A DNA stretch of 64,000 bases from an uncultured Gammaproteobacteria bacterium (GTDB lineage Bacteria; Pseudomonadota; Gammaproteobacteria; CAWJPQ01): NCBI GenBank assembly GCA_963844825.1, contig CAWJPQ010000002.1, forward strand, positions 7,094 through 71,093, written 5' to 3'. The position numbers and the translations under genes were made by a program. Position 1 is the stretch's first letter. Every line of letters begins with the position of its first letter. Under the pieces are notes generated by a model. The model was not told the DNA's origin and made no database searches. It was given only the letters and a program-made list of their open reading frames with translations. Of this stretch, positions 19,711 through 29,373 are shown one piece after another.

Positions 19711-20595
19711 TCAGGCGGCGCTGCGCAGGGCCGCGATGCGCTCGTCCAGGGGCGGGTGGCTCATGAACAGGCGCGTCAGGCCGCGCCCCATGCCCCCGGA
19801 AATACCGAAGGCGGCCAGTTGATCGGGCAGATGGGGCTGCTCGACGCCGGCCTTGAGGCGCTCCAGGGCGGCGATCATCTTGTCCCGCCCCGCCAGGCGC
19901 GCCCCGCCCGCGTCGGCGCGGAACTCGCGCTGCCGGCTGAACCACATGACGATCATGCTGGCCAGGATACCGAGGAGTATCTGGGCGATAATCGTGGTGA
20001 TCCAAAAGGCCGGGCCGGTGCCGCGCTCCACCTTGAACACCACCCGGTCCACCACGAAGCCGATGACCCGCGACAGGAAGATCACGAAGGTGTTGACCAC
20101 GCCCTGGATCAATGCCAGGGTGACCATGTCGCCGTTGGCCACGTGGGTGATCTCGTGGCCGAGGACGGCCTCCGCCTCGTCGCGGTTCATGGCGCGCAGC
20201 AGACCGGTGCTGACGGCCACCAGGGCGTTGTCCCGCCGCATGCCCGTGGCGAAGGCGTTCAGGTCCGGCGAGTCATAGATGGCCACCTCGGGCTGGCCGA
20301 TCCCGGCGGCCCGGGCATGATTGTTGACCGTCTGCACCAGCCACTGCTCGGCCTCGTTGCGGGGCTGCTCGATGACCTGCGCGCCGGTGAGGCGCTTGGC
20401 CATCCACTTGGAGATGGCCAGGGAGATAAACGAGCCGCCCATGCCGATCACCGCCGAGAAGATCAGCAGGGACTTCATGTCCAGATTGACGCCGCGCCGG
20501 TCGAGGATGCTCTCGACGCCCAGCAGCTGCAAGACGATGCTCAGCACCACCAGAATGGCGATATTGGTCACGATAAACAAAAAGATGCGCTTCAT
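19711..20595 (-). CDS. htpX: membrane zinc protease HtpX
   Basis: [21 protein letters not shown]...[11 protein letters not shown] (HExxH). Confidence 0.9.
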   Translation of the reverse strand: MKRIFLFIVTNIAILVVLSIVLQLLGVESILDRRGVNLDMKSLLIFSAVIGMGGSFISLAISKWMAKRLTGAQVIEQPRNEAEQWLVQTVNNHARAAGIGQPEVAIYDSPDLNAFATGMRRDNALVAVSTGLLRAMNRDEAEAVLGHEITHVANGDMVTLALIQGVVNTFVIFLSRVIGFVVDRVVFKVERGTGPAFWITTIIAQILLGILASMIVMWFSRQREFRADAGGARLAGRDKMIAALERLKAGVEQPHLPDQLAAFGISGGMGRGLTRLFMSHPPLDERIAALRSAA

Positions 20596-20652
20596 ATACG
20601 CGAGCTCCAACGGGTAATAGCTTCGATAAAATGGAGGCGCCGGGGGGCGATT

Positions 20653-22906
20653 TCAAGAGGCGCGGTTCACGCCCAGGCGCTCCACCTTCTGATAGCCCCG
20701 GGGCAGCTTCATGCCGCGCCGGCCCCGCTCACCCTGGTAGTGGGCCAGGTCGTCCTTCTTGAGGCTCATCTTGCGCTGCCCGGCATAGACCACCAGCTGG
20801 TCCTTGGGATTGAGCACTGCCACGGCGACGACCCGCTCCTCGCCGGCGCTGAACCGGGCCGTGGGAATATTGAGAATCTTCACGCCCTTGCCCCGATTCA
20901 ACTGGGGCAGATCGGCGGCCGGCGTCACCAGCAGGTGCCCGTCACTGGTGGCCATGGCGACAACGGCCCGGGAGGGATCCTCCAGGGTCGCGGGCGCCAG
21001 GGCGGTACTGCCCTTGGGGGTGGTGAGCACTGCCTTGCCCGCCTTGTTCTTGGCGAACAGCTCCCCGACCTGGGTGATGAACCCATAGCCGGCGTCGCTG
21101 GCGAGCACGCAGTACTCCTCGTTGGCCCCCATCACCACGGCCACGAACCGGGCGCCTTCCGGGGGCGTCAGGCGCCCCGACAGGGGCTCGCCCTGGCCCC
21201 GGGCTGACGGCAGGGTATGGGCCGGCAGGCTGTAGCAGCGGCCCGTGGAGTCCACGAAGATGGCTGTCTGATTGCTGCGCCCCCGGGCGGCGGCCAGGAA
21301 GCGGTCGCCCGACTTGTAACTGAGGCTCAGGGGGTCCACCTCGTGGCCCTTGGCCGCCCGCACCCAGCCCCGCTCCGAGAGCACCACGGTGACCGGCTCG
21401 GTGGGCACCAGTTCGCTCTCGTCCATGGCCCGGGCCGCCGTGCGAACCACCAGGGGCGAGCGGCGCTCGTCGCCGAACTTGTCCGCGTCCTGCACCAGCT
21501 CCGAGCGCACCAGCTTCTTCATACGCTGAGCGGACTTGAGGGTCTTGTTCAGCTCGTCGCGCTCCTTGGACAGGCTGCGCTGCTCGTCGCGGATCTTGAT
21601 CTCCTCGAGCTTGGCCAGCTGGCGCAGGCGGATCTCGAGGATGGCGTCGGCCTGGCGCTCGGTGAGCTCGAAGCGCGCCATGAGCACCGCCTTGGGCTCG
21701 TCCTCGGTGCGGATGATATGGATGACCTCGTCCAGGTTGAGGTAGGCCACCAGCAGGCCCTCGAGCACGTGCAGGCGGGCCTCGACCTTCTCCAGGCGGT
21801 ATTCGAGCCGCCGGCGCACGGTGGCGAGCCGGTAGGTCAGCCACTCGTCGAGCAGCTCGCGCAGGTTCTTGACCTGGGGGCGGCCGTCCAGGCCGATGAT
21901 GTTCATGTTGACCCGGTAGCCGCGCTCCAGGTCGGTGGTGGCGAACAGGTGCTCCATGAGGGCGTCCATATCGGTCCGGGACGAGCGGGGCACGATCACC
22001 AGCCGGGTGGGGTTTTCGTGATCGGACTCGTCACGCAGGTCCTCCACCATGGGCAGCTTCTTGGCGTTCATCTGGGCGGCGATCTGCTCCAGCACCCGCG
22101 CGCCCGAGACCTGGTAGGGCAGCGCGGTAACGACGATGTCGCCGTTCTCGCGCTCGTAACGGGCGCGCATGCGCAGCGCCCCGCCGCCGGTGTCGTAGAT
22201 CTGCAGGATCTCCTCGCGGGGGGTGATGATCTCTGCGGCGGTGGGAAAGTCCGGCGCCTGGATGTGCTCGCACAGCTCGTCGACGCTCGCCTTGGGATGG
22301 TCCAGCAGGTGCACGCAGGCCTGCGACCACCTCGCGCAGGTTGTGGGGCGGGATGTCGGTGGACATGCCCACCGCGATGCCGCTCGCGCCGTTCAGCAGC
22401 ACGTTGGGCAGGCGCGCGGGAAGAAGCGCCGGCTCCTGCAGCGTGCCGTCGAAGTTGGGCATCCAGTCCACCGTGCCCTGCTCCACCTCCGACAGCAGGG
22501 TCACCGCGTAGGCGGTCAGGCGCGCCTCCGTGTAGCGCATGGCGGCGAACGACTTGGGGTCGTCGGTGGTGCCCCAGTTGCCCTGGCCGTCGATCAGCGG
22601 ATAGCGGTAGGAGAACGGCTGGGCCATGAGCACCATGGCCTCGTAGCAGGCGGCGTCGCCGTGGGGGTGGTACTTGCCGATGACATCGCCGACGGTGCGC
22701 GCCGACTTCTTGAACTTGGCCTGGGCGGACAGCCCCAGCTCGGACATGGCGTAGACGATGCGCCGCTGCACCGGCTTGAGCCCGTCGGCGATGTGGGGCA
22801 GGGCCCGGTCCAGGATCACGTACATGGAGTAGTCCAGGTAGGCCTTCTCGGTAAAGTCCTTGAGGGGGACCTGCTCGTTGGTCTGAAATTCCAGTTGGGT
22901 CGCCAT
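20653..22906 (-). pseudogene. parC: DNA topoisomerase IV subunit A, single frameshift near 22329
   Basis: The N-terminal ORF contains [19 protein letters not shown] and AAMRYTE (active-site Tyr). ...NLREVV then continues in the other frame as (AAC)[14 protein letters not shown]. Removing one G of GCAGGCCTG restores it. Confidence 0.9.
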
Positions 22907-22959
22907 TGATCCTTCTCTACTCGCCCTGGTCGGATGCGACGGGTATCACCCGCGCTGTA

Positions 22960-23042
22960 TTTCAAAGGGGTCAGACTCGTTTGAAACCGTCTGGCAATAA
23001 ACATGCGCAAGTCCCCTTCAATCGAGTCTGACCCCTTTGAAA
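22960..23042. repeat. 83-bp element with perfect 20-bp terminal inverted repeats between parE and parC
   Basis: TTTCAAAGGGGTCAGACTCG at 22960..22979 and its exact reverse complement at 23023..23042, with a 43-nt spacer. Confidence 0.7.
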
Positions 23043-23049
23043 CTATTCC

Positions 23050-24941
23050 CTACACCTCCGCCATGTCGCCCTTGGACTCGAGCCAGGCGCGGCGGTCGCC
23101 GGCGCGCTTCTTGGCCAGCAGCATGTCGAGGATGTTGTGGGTGCCGTCCTCCTCGCCCATGGTCAGCTGCACCAGGCGGCGGGTGTCGGGCGCGATGGTG
23201 GTCTCGCGCAGCTGGCCGGGATTCATCTCGCCGAGACCCTTGAAGCGCTGCACGTTGACCTTGCCCTTCAGCCCCTCGGCGGCGATGCGGTCGAGCACGC
23301 CCTGCTTCTCCCCCTCGTCCAGGGCGTAGAACACCTCCTTGCCCACATCGATGCGGTACAGGGGCGGCATGGCCACGTAGACCCGGCCGGCGTTGACCAG
23401 CGCCGGGAAGTGACGCACGAACAGGGCGCACAGCAGGCTCGAGATATGGGCCCCGTCGGAGTCGGCGTCGGCCAGGATGCACACCTTGCCGTAGCGCAGC
23501 TTGCGCAGGTCCTCCGAGCCCGGGTCGACCCCGAGGGCGACGGCGATGTTGTGGATCTCCTGGGAGGAGAACAGCTGCCCCTGATCCACCTCCCAGGCGT
23601 TGAGGATCTTGCCGCGCAGGGGCAGGATGGCCTGGAACTCCCGGTCCCGGGCCTGCTTGGCCGAGCCGCCCGCCGAGTCGCCCTCGACCAGGAACAGCTC
23701 GGTCTGTTCGGTCTGCTGCTGGGTGCAGTCGGCCAGCTTGCCCGGCAGGGCCGGGCCGCTGGTCACCTTCTTGCGCACCACCTGGCGGCCGGAGCGCTGG
23801 CGGGCCTGGGCCCGCTGAATGACGAAATCGGCGATACGCTCGCCGGTCTCGGTGTGCTGGTTGAGCCACAGGCTGAAGGCGTCCTTGACCACGCCGTTGA
23901 CGAAGGTGGCGCACTCGCGGGAGGTCAGCCGCTCCTTGGTCTGCCCCGAGAACTGGGGTTCGCCGAGCTGGACCGACAGGACGTAGCTGCAGCGGTCCCA
24001 CACGTCCTCGGGCGAGATGCGCACCCCGCGCGGGGTCAGGTTGCGGAATTCGCAAAACTCGCGCACCGCCTCGGTCAGCCCCATGCGAAAGCCGTTGACG
24101 TGGGTGCCGCCCTGGGGGGTGGGGATCAGGTTGACATAACTCTCGGTGACCAGCTCCTGCTCACCCAGCATCCCACACCACCGCCCAGTCCACGGTCTCA
24201 TCATTGCCGGTCATGCGCCCGGTGAACGGCGCCTCGACGGGAGCACCTCCGCCTTGCCCAGGGCGTCCTCCAGATATCCCTTGAGCCCGTCCTCGTAGTG
24301 CCACTCCAGGCTGCTCGTCGCCGGCCTCGTCGTACAGGCGGACCCTGAGTCCGGGGCACAACACGGCCTTGGAGCGCAGCAGGTGCTTGAGCCGCGCCGG
24401 GGTGAATTTGGCGCTGTCGAAATACTTGGCGTTGGGCCAGAAGCGGATGGTCGTGCCCGGTGTTGCGCTTGCCCGCCTTGCCCACCGCCTTCAGATTGGA
24501 GACCTTTTTCCCGTCGGCGAAGGCCATGTGGTATTCGTTGCCGTCGCGCCGGATCCATACCTCCAGGCGCTTGGACAATGCATTGACCACCGACACCCCC
24601 ACCCCGTGCAGGCCGCCCGAGAAGCGGTAGCTCTTGTTGGAGAACTTCGCCCCCGCGTGCAGGCGGGTAAGGATCAGCTCCACACCGGGGACCTTCTCGC
24701 CGCGGTGGACATCCACCGGCATGCCCCGCCCGTCGTCGACCACCTCCAGAGACCCGTCGCGGTACAGGCTCACCTCCAGGGTCTTGGCGAAACCCGAGAT
24801 GGCCTCGTCGACGCTGTTGTCGATGACCTCCTGGGCAAGATGGTCCGGCCGGGACGTATCGGTGTACATCCCGGGGCGCTTGCGTACCGGTTCGAGGCCC
24901 TTGAGGACCTCGATGTCAGAGGCTTCGTATTTTGCTTTCAT
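23050..24941 (-). pseudogene. parE: DNA topoisomerase IV subunit B, several frame changes between ~24170 and ~24470
   Basis: GHKL ATPase N-terminus: LEPVRKRPGMYT, DNSVDEA, DDGRGMPVD, GGLHGVG. The middle is scattered over three frames (LCPGLRVRLYDEAGDEQ, SLEWHYEDGLKGYLEDALGKAEVLP, APFTGRMTGNDETVDWAVVW). An intact Toprim/C-terminal part lies in 23050..24204. Confidence 0.9.
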
Positions 24942-25107
24942 TAAAACGGTTGCGTATAAAACAAAGGTGCGCGGCGCACCCGGACAAATCCATGCTCGAC
25001 GGGGGCGTATTGTAACAACTTTGCACGCCCAGAGAATTGGGATCGTGATTTTATTTTCGGCGTGCTTCGCGCAGTCACCCCGGAGGACAGCAACTGCCTT
25101 AGCTTCA

Positions 25108-25238
25108 TCTCCCCTCCGGGGAGAGCAACTGTTTTAACCCCCTCTCCCCTTTAGGGAGAGGGGAGGATAATACGACGGCAGGGCGCTCCCTGACCCCCTC
25201 ATCCTTGCTTCTACCCTAAAGGGTAGAAGGGACAAGGA
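25108..25238. repeat. cluster of three REP-like GC-rich hairpins
   Basis: TCTCCCC-tcc-GGGGAGA (25108..25124). CCCCTCTCCC-cttta-GGGAGAGGGG (25139..25163). TCCTTGCTTCTACCC-taaa-GGGTAGAAG(gga)CAAGGA (25202..25238). Confidence 0.65.
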
Positions 25239-25256
25239 AGTTGCTTTTATAGGGGG

Positions 25257-25841
25257 TCACTCGAAATCGGCCACCAGGGCATCGTGCACGGGCTTTGGCA
25301 GCGGGTTGACCGCGTGGGCGTATCGGTCGTGCTCGATGCCGGCGCTGAGGGGCGACCCCCGTTTGGCCGCGCGCACCATCTCGGGGGTAAACTCAAAGCG
25401 CAGAAAGTGCACCGCCGAGGTCTTGTCGGCGGTATCCCGCTCCAGGTCCTCGTTGGCATTGGCCCAACACCGTTCGTAACCGTCCACCCTGATCCATACA
25501 CGCTTCTCGAGGCCGATCAACTCGGCCAGGGCCGCCCGGCGCTCGGCGATGTCCGCGTACTCCAGCATCATGGTCGCCTTGAGGTTGTCGCCGTCGGGGA
25601 TCAATGGGTTATAGGTGCCAAGCTCCTCCTCGATCCCTTCGGGCTCGAAGATGCGCTCGATGCGCAGCATCTCCTGAATCTGATACTGGATGGTAAGGCG
25701 ATCCTCGAAGTACAACGTGGCGTGGGGACCCACCGCCAGCCGGCGGTTCTTTTTATGGGCCATCACCCGCGCGCGAAACTCGGCCCGCGCCGCGGCGTAC
25801 TCTTCCAGGGAATAGAGGTCTTTGCGTGTCAGTGGCTTCAT
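25257..25841 (-). CDS. DUF3501-family protein
   Basis: 194 aa. MKPLTRKDLYSLEEYAAARAEFRARVMAHKKNRRLAVGPHATLYFEDRLTIQYQIQEMLRIE is recognised from memory as the DUF3501 pattern. It is the last gene of the rubrerythrin operon. Confidence 0.6.
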   Translation of the reverse strand: MKPLTRKDLYSLEEYAAARAEFRARVMAHKKNRRLAVGPHATLYFEDRLTIQYQIQEMLRIERIFEPEGIEEELGTYNPLIPDGDNLKATMMLEYADIAERRAALAELIGLEKRVWIRVDGYERCWANANEDLERDTADKTSAVHFLRFEFTPEMVRAAKRGSPLSAGIEHDRYAHAVNPLPKPVHDALVADFE

Positions 25842-25872
25842 AGTCGCTTCCCGTCGTGTCCGTCGCTGACCG

Positions 25873-27228
25873 TCAGATGCCGTAGGCCCGCCTGAGCAGC
25901 GCCAGGGGAGGCGTCGGCCCATTGCCCCCGCCCAGGCCGTTCTCGATCTGACGGCCGGCCATGGGGCAATCGCTGGAGTAATAATCGGCGTCGGCCTTAT
26001 CGACCCGGTTGAACACCGGTCGGCCTATCTTCATGGCGGTGTCGTGATACTCGCTCTTGACCGCGTAGGTCCCGTCGTGCCCCGAGCAGCGCTCGATGAC
26101 CTCCACCTGAGTGTCGGGGATCAACTGCAGGGCGTCGCGGGTCTTCAGGCCGATATTCTGCACCCGCTGGTGGCAGGGGGCGTGGTACGCCACCTTGCCC
26201 AATGATCGCTTGAACTCGGTATTGAGGCGCCCCGCCTTGTGGCGGCGCATCAGGTACTCGAACGGGTCGAAGGTCGCCCGGCTCACCTTCAGTACCTGCT
26301 CATCGTCCGGGAAGAGCAGGGGCAACTCGAACTTGAACATCAGCACGCACGAGGGTACCGGCGCGACGATGTCCCAGCCCTGATCGACCCACTCGGCCAG
26401 ACGCGGGATATTGAACGCCTTGGCGCGCTCCACCGCGGCCAGGTCCCCCAGCTCCAGCTTGGGCATGCCGCAGCATTGTTCCTTTTCCACCAGGCGGACC
26501 GGTACACCGTTGTGCTCGAACACCGCGCAGAGGTCCTCGCCGAGGCTCGGCTCGTTATAGTTGGCGTAACAGGTGCCGAACATCACCACCCGGCCCTGGG
26601 TGTCTTCCGTGGCGACGGGCTCCAGGGCCGGCGGCTCGCGCCGCGCCATGCGCCGGTGCAGGGTGTCGTGATGATACTCGGGCAGCAGTGCGCCGGGGTG
26701 AATGCCCGCGGCCTTGTCCATGACCTTGCGCACCGCCTTGTTGCGGTTGGCCCCGTTCACCGCCTGCACCACCACCGGGATGCCCGCCAACCTGCCCACG
26801 GTATCCGTGGCGCTCATGACCTTGTCTCGCAGGCTATAGCCGCCCTTTCGGAACTTCACCGCCTTGGCCCGCAGCATCAGGTGGGGAAAGTCCACATTCC
26901 ACGGGTGGGGGGGCACATAGGGGCACTTGGTCATGTAACACAGGTCGCACAGATAGCAGTGATCCGTGACCTGCCAGAACACCTCCCGGGGGACCTCCTC
27001 GACCTCCATGGTCTCGGTCTCGTCAACGGCGTCGAACAGGGTGGGGAAGGCGTGGCACAGACTGAAGCAGCGCCGGCACCCGTGACAGATATCGAAGATG
27101 CGCGTCATCTCCTTGAACAGGGAGGTCTCCTCGAAAAAGTCGGGATTCTTCCAGTCCAGGGGGTGGCGCGTGGGGGCCTCGAGGCTGCCTTCGCGCGGCT
27201 CGCCGGTATGCTGATCAGTTTGCGCCAT
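25873..27228 (-). CDS. HdrD/GlpC-like iron-sulfur oxidoreductase (2x[4Fe-4S] ferredoxin motifs + CCG domains)
   Basis: [15 protein letters not shown] and [20 protein letters not shown] motif [13 protein letters not shown]. The second CCG-like motif is degenerate (CHQRV...RCSGHDG). Confidence 0.8.
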   Translation of the reverse strand: MAQTDQHTGEPREGSLEAPTRHPLDWKNPDFFEETSLFKEMTRIFDICHGCRRCFSLCHAFPTLFDAVDETETMEVEEVPREVFWQVTDHCYLCDLCYMTKCPYVPPHPWNVDFPHLMLRAKAVKFRKGGYSLRDKVMSATDTVGRLAGIPVVVQAVNGANRNKAVRKVMDKAAGIHPGALLPEYHHDTLHRRMARREPPALEPVATEDTQGRVVMFGTCYANYNEPSLGEDLCAVFEHNGVPVRLVEKEQCCGMPKLELGDLAAVERAKAFNIPRLAEWVDQGWDIVAPVPSCVLMFKFELPLLFPDDEQVLKVSRATFDPFEYLMRRHKAGRLNTEFKRSLGKVAYHAPCHQRVQNIGLKTRDALQLIPDTQVEVIERCSGHDGTYAVKSEYHDTAMKIGRPVFNRVDKADADYYSSDCPMAGRQIENGLGGGNGPTPPLALLRRAYGI

Positions 27229-27318
27229 CGGGACGATTACACTGCTGACCGTGGGGGCACGTTGTGGCAACGCCCGCGGGTCGGCGGATACCGACCCCGC
27301 GGCGTGCGACGGACGTCG

Positions 27319-27738
27319 TCAACTATCCAGGGCGTCCAAGGCCTTCTGGAAGCGGTTGGCGTGGGAGCGCTCGGCCTTGGCCAGGGTCTCGAACCAGTCG
27401 GCGATCTCGTCGAAACCTTCATCGCGGGCCGTCTTGGCCATGCCCGGGTACATGTCCGTGTACTCATGGGTTTCCCCGTCGATGGCGGATTTGAGATTGT
27501 CCGCCGTGCCCCCGATGGGCAGGCCGGTCACCGGGTCACCGACACCCTCGAGGTATTCCAGGTGCCCGTGGGCATGCCCGGTCTCGCCCTCGGCGGTAGA
27601 ACGGAACACCGCGGAGACATCGTTGTACCCCTCCACGTCCGCCTTGGACGCAAAGTACAGGTAGCGCCGATTGGCCTGGGATTCCCCGGCGAACGCCGCC
27701 TTCAGATTTTCTTGTGTCTTGCTGCCTTTGAGTGCCAT
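27319..27738 (-). CDS. rubrerythrin-family diiron protein without rubredoxin domain
   Basis: ExxH diiron motifs ([11 protein letters not shown] and [13 protein letters not shown]...[10 protein letters not shown]). ATG at 27738 lies 9 nt after GGAGG. The TTG at 27747 listed in the ORF track abuts the SD and is unlikely. Confidence 0.85.
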   Translation of the reverse strand: MALKGSKTQENLKAAFAGESQANRRYLYFASKADVEGYNDVSAVFRSTAEGETGHAHGHLEYLEGVGDPVTGLPIGGTADNLKSAIDGETHEYTDMYPGMAKTARDEGFDEIADWFETLAKAERSHANRFQKALDALDS

Positions 27739-27777
27739 GGTTTTCAACCTCCAGCTAATTGTTGGTGGCCCAGGGTG

Positions 27778-27792
27778 TTAGACTGAGTCTAA
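27778..27792. promoter_or_regulatory. 7-1-7 palindrome TTAGACT-G-AGTCTAA upstream of rubrerythrin operon (candidate Fur-family/PerR-type operator)
   Basis: Perfect 15-bp inverted repeat 40-54 nt upstream of the rubrerythrin ATG. Confidence 0.3.
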
Positions 27793-27945
27793 ACTGACGG
27801 GAAAAATTTATCTTACCCCCGCCCCCTTGTCAACACCAATGCCCCGCAAGTCCGTTGCTTAATTACCACACCTGTATGGATTTTGTTTGACCCTTCTGTG
27901 CCCTTTAGGGTAAGTTTCTTTGGTTTCGGGAGGTATTCCATCTTG

Positions 27946-28197
27946 GTGAAAAAAAAGGCCACCCCTGACTTCGAGACGGCCCTGAACGAGCTCGAGTCCC
28001 TCGTCGAGCAGATGGAACAGGGGGAGATGGGTCTCGAAGAATCGCTCAAGGCCTTTGAACGGGGCATCGTGCTGACCCGCACGTGTCAGCACGCCCTCAA
28101 AGAGGCGGAACAAAAAGTCCAGGTACTGATTGAAAAGGATGGAAAGACCGAGCTTCAACCGCTGGACGGCGCCGAAGAGTCGACAGATGGGGCCTGA
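27946..28197 (+). CDS. xseB: exodeoxyribonuclease VII small subunit
   Basis: DFETALNELESLVEQMEQGEMGLEESLKAFERGIVLTRTCQHALKEAEQKVQVL. GTG start at 27946 lies downstream of GGGAGG. Confidence 0.85.
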   Translation: MKKKATPDFETALNELESLVEQMEQGEMGLEESLKAFERGIVLTRTCQHALKEAEQKVQVLIEKDGKTELQPLDGAEESTDGA

Positions 28198-28385
28198 CAG
28201 CACTCCTTCCCGGTGATATTACGGCGCTGAACAACCAACAACGCTCACTCCTGCCTGAAAGTCGTTGATGACCGGAACAACCCCCCCGGATCAAACCGGG
28301 CGGCTTATGGTGTGATGGACAAGCCCGCCGTCTACGGGAAGGCCTTGCCGCCGGTAGACGGCTGTTGAACGATTACAGAGAACGC

Positions 28386-29282
28386 ATGAAGGAAACGATA
28401 GATAAATGGATTAGCCGTCACCAGGGCCGCGTCGAACAGGCTCTGGAGCACCGCCTCCCGGAGGCTGACTGCAAGCCGGCCACCCTGCATGAAGCCATGC
28501 GCTATGCGGTGCTGGGCGGCGGCAAGCGCATGCGGCCCCTGCTGGTCTACGCCGCCGGCGAGGCCCTGCAGGTGGATTCGCCGGCCCTCGACGTGGCGGC
28601 CTGCGCAGTCGAACTCATCCACGCTTACTCCCTGGTCCACGATGACCTGCCGGCCATGGACGACGACGACCTGCGGCGGGGCAAACCCACCTGCCACAAG
28701 GTCTACGGCGAGGCCATGGCGATACTGGCCGGGGACGGGCTGCAGACGCTTGCCTTCGACCTGCTCGCCTCCGACGACTCGCTGGCGCTGCCGGCCGAAC
28801 ACAGGGTGCGCATGGTGCAAGCCCTGGCCCATGGAAGCGGCTCCCTGGGCATGGTGGGCGGCCAGGCCATCGACCTGGCGGCCGTCGGCAGGCAGCTGAC
28901 CCTGGAGGAACTGGAAGACATGCACGGGCGCAAGACCGGGGCCCTGATCCGCACCAGCTGCCGGCTCGGCGCCCTCGCCCAGACCCCCATCGACGAGCAG
29001 GCCGTCGACGCCCTTGACGGCTTCGCCACCCGCGTGGGCCTGGCCTTCCAGATCCGTGACGATGTCCTGGACGTGGAGGGTGATACGTCGCTGCTGGGCA
29101 AGCCCCAGGGCTCGGACATGGCGCGCCACAAACCCACCTACCCCGCCCTGGTGGGACTCGACGAGGCAAAACGCATGGCCGCGGATCTGTACGAGCAGGC
29201 ACTGGAGCAGTTGGCGGTCTTCGGCCGGCACGGCGAGGCCCTGCGCCACCTGGCCGCCTATATCGTACAGCGCACCCATTGA
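28386..29282 (+). CDS. ispA: (2E,6E)-farnesyl diphosphate synthase
   Basis: FARM motif LVHDDLPAMDDDDLRRG and SARM motif FQIRDDVLD. Confidence 0.9.
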   Translation: MKETIDKWISRHQGRVEQALEHRLPEADCKPATLHEAMRYAVLGGGKRMRPLLVYAAGEALQVDSPALDVAACAVELIHAYSLVHDDLPAMDDDDLRRGKPTCHKVYGEAMAILAGDGLQTLAFDLLASDDSLALPAEHRVRMVQALAHGSGSLGMVGGQAIDLAAVGRQLTLEELEDMHGRKTGALIRTSCRLGALAQTPIDEQAVDALDGFATRVGLAFQIRDDVLDVEGDTSLLGKPQGSDMARHKPTYPALVGLDEAKRMAADLYEQALEQLAVFGRHGEALRHLAAYIVQRTH

Positions 29283-29373
29283 CGGGTAACGGGTGAGCGG
29301 CGGTTGCAACTCACATACCATCGTTTCATTATTGACTGATCATCACACACGTACGGGGAAGGTTCACTCACAT

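Noticed and set aside
25080-25250. CRISPR array
   Set aside because: The repeats here and at the other REP clusters are self-complementary, differ in sequence, are irregularly spaced and number only 2-4 per site. No cas genes are present.
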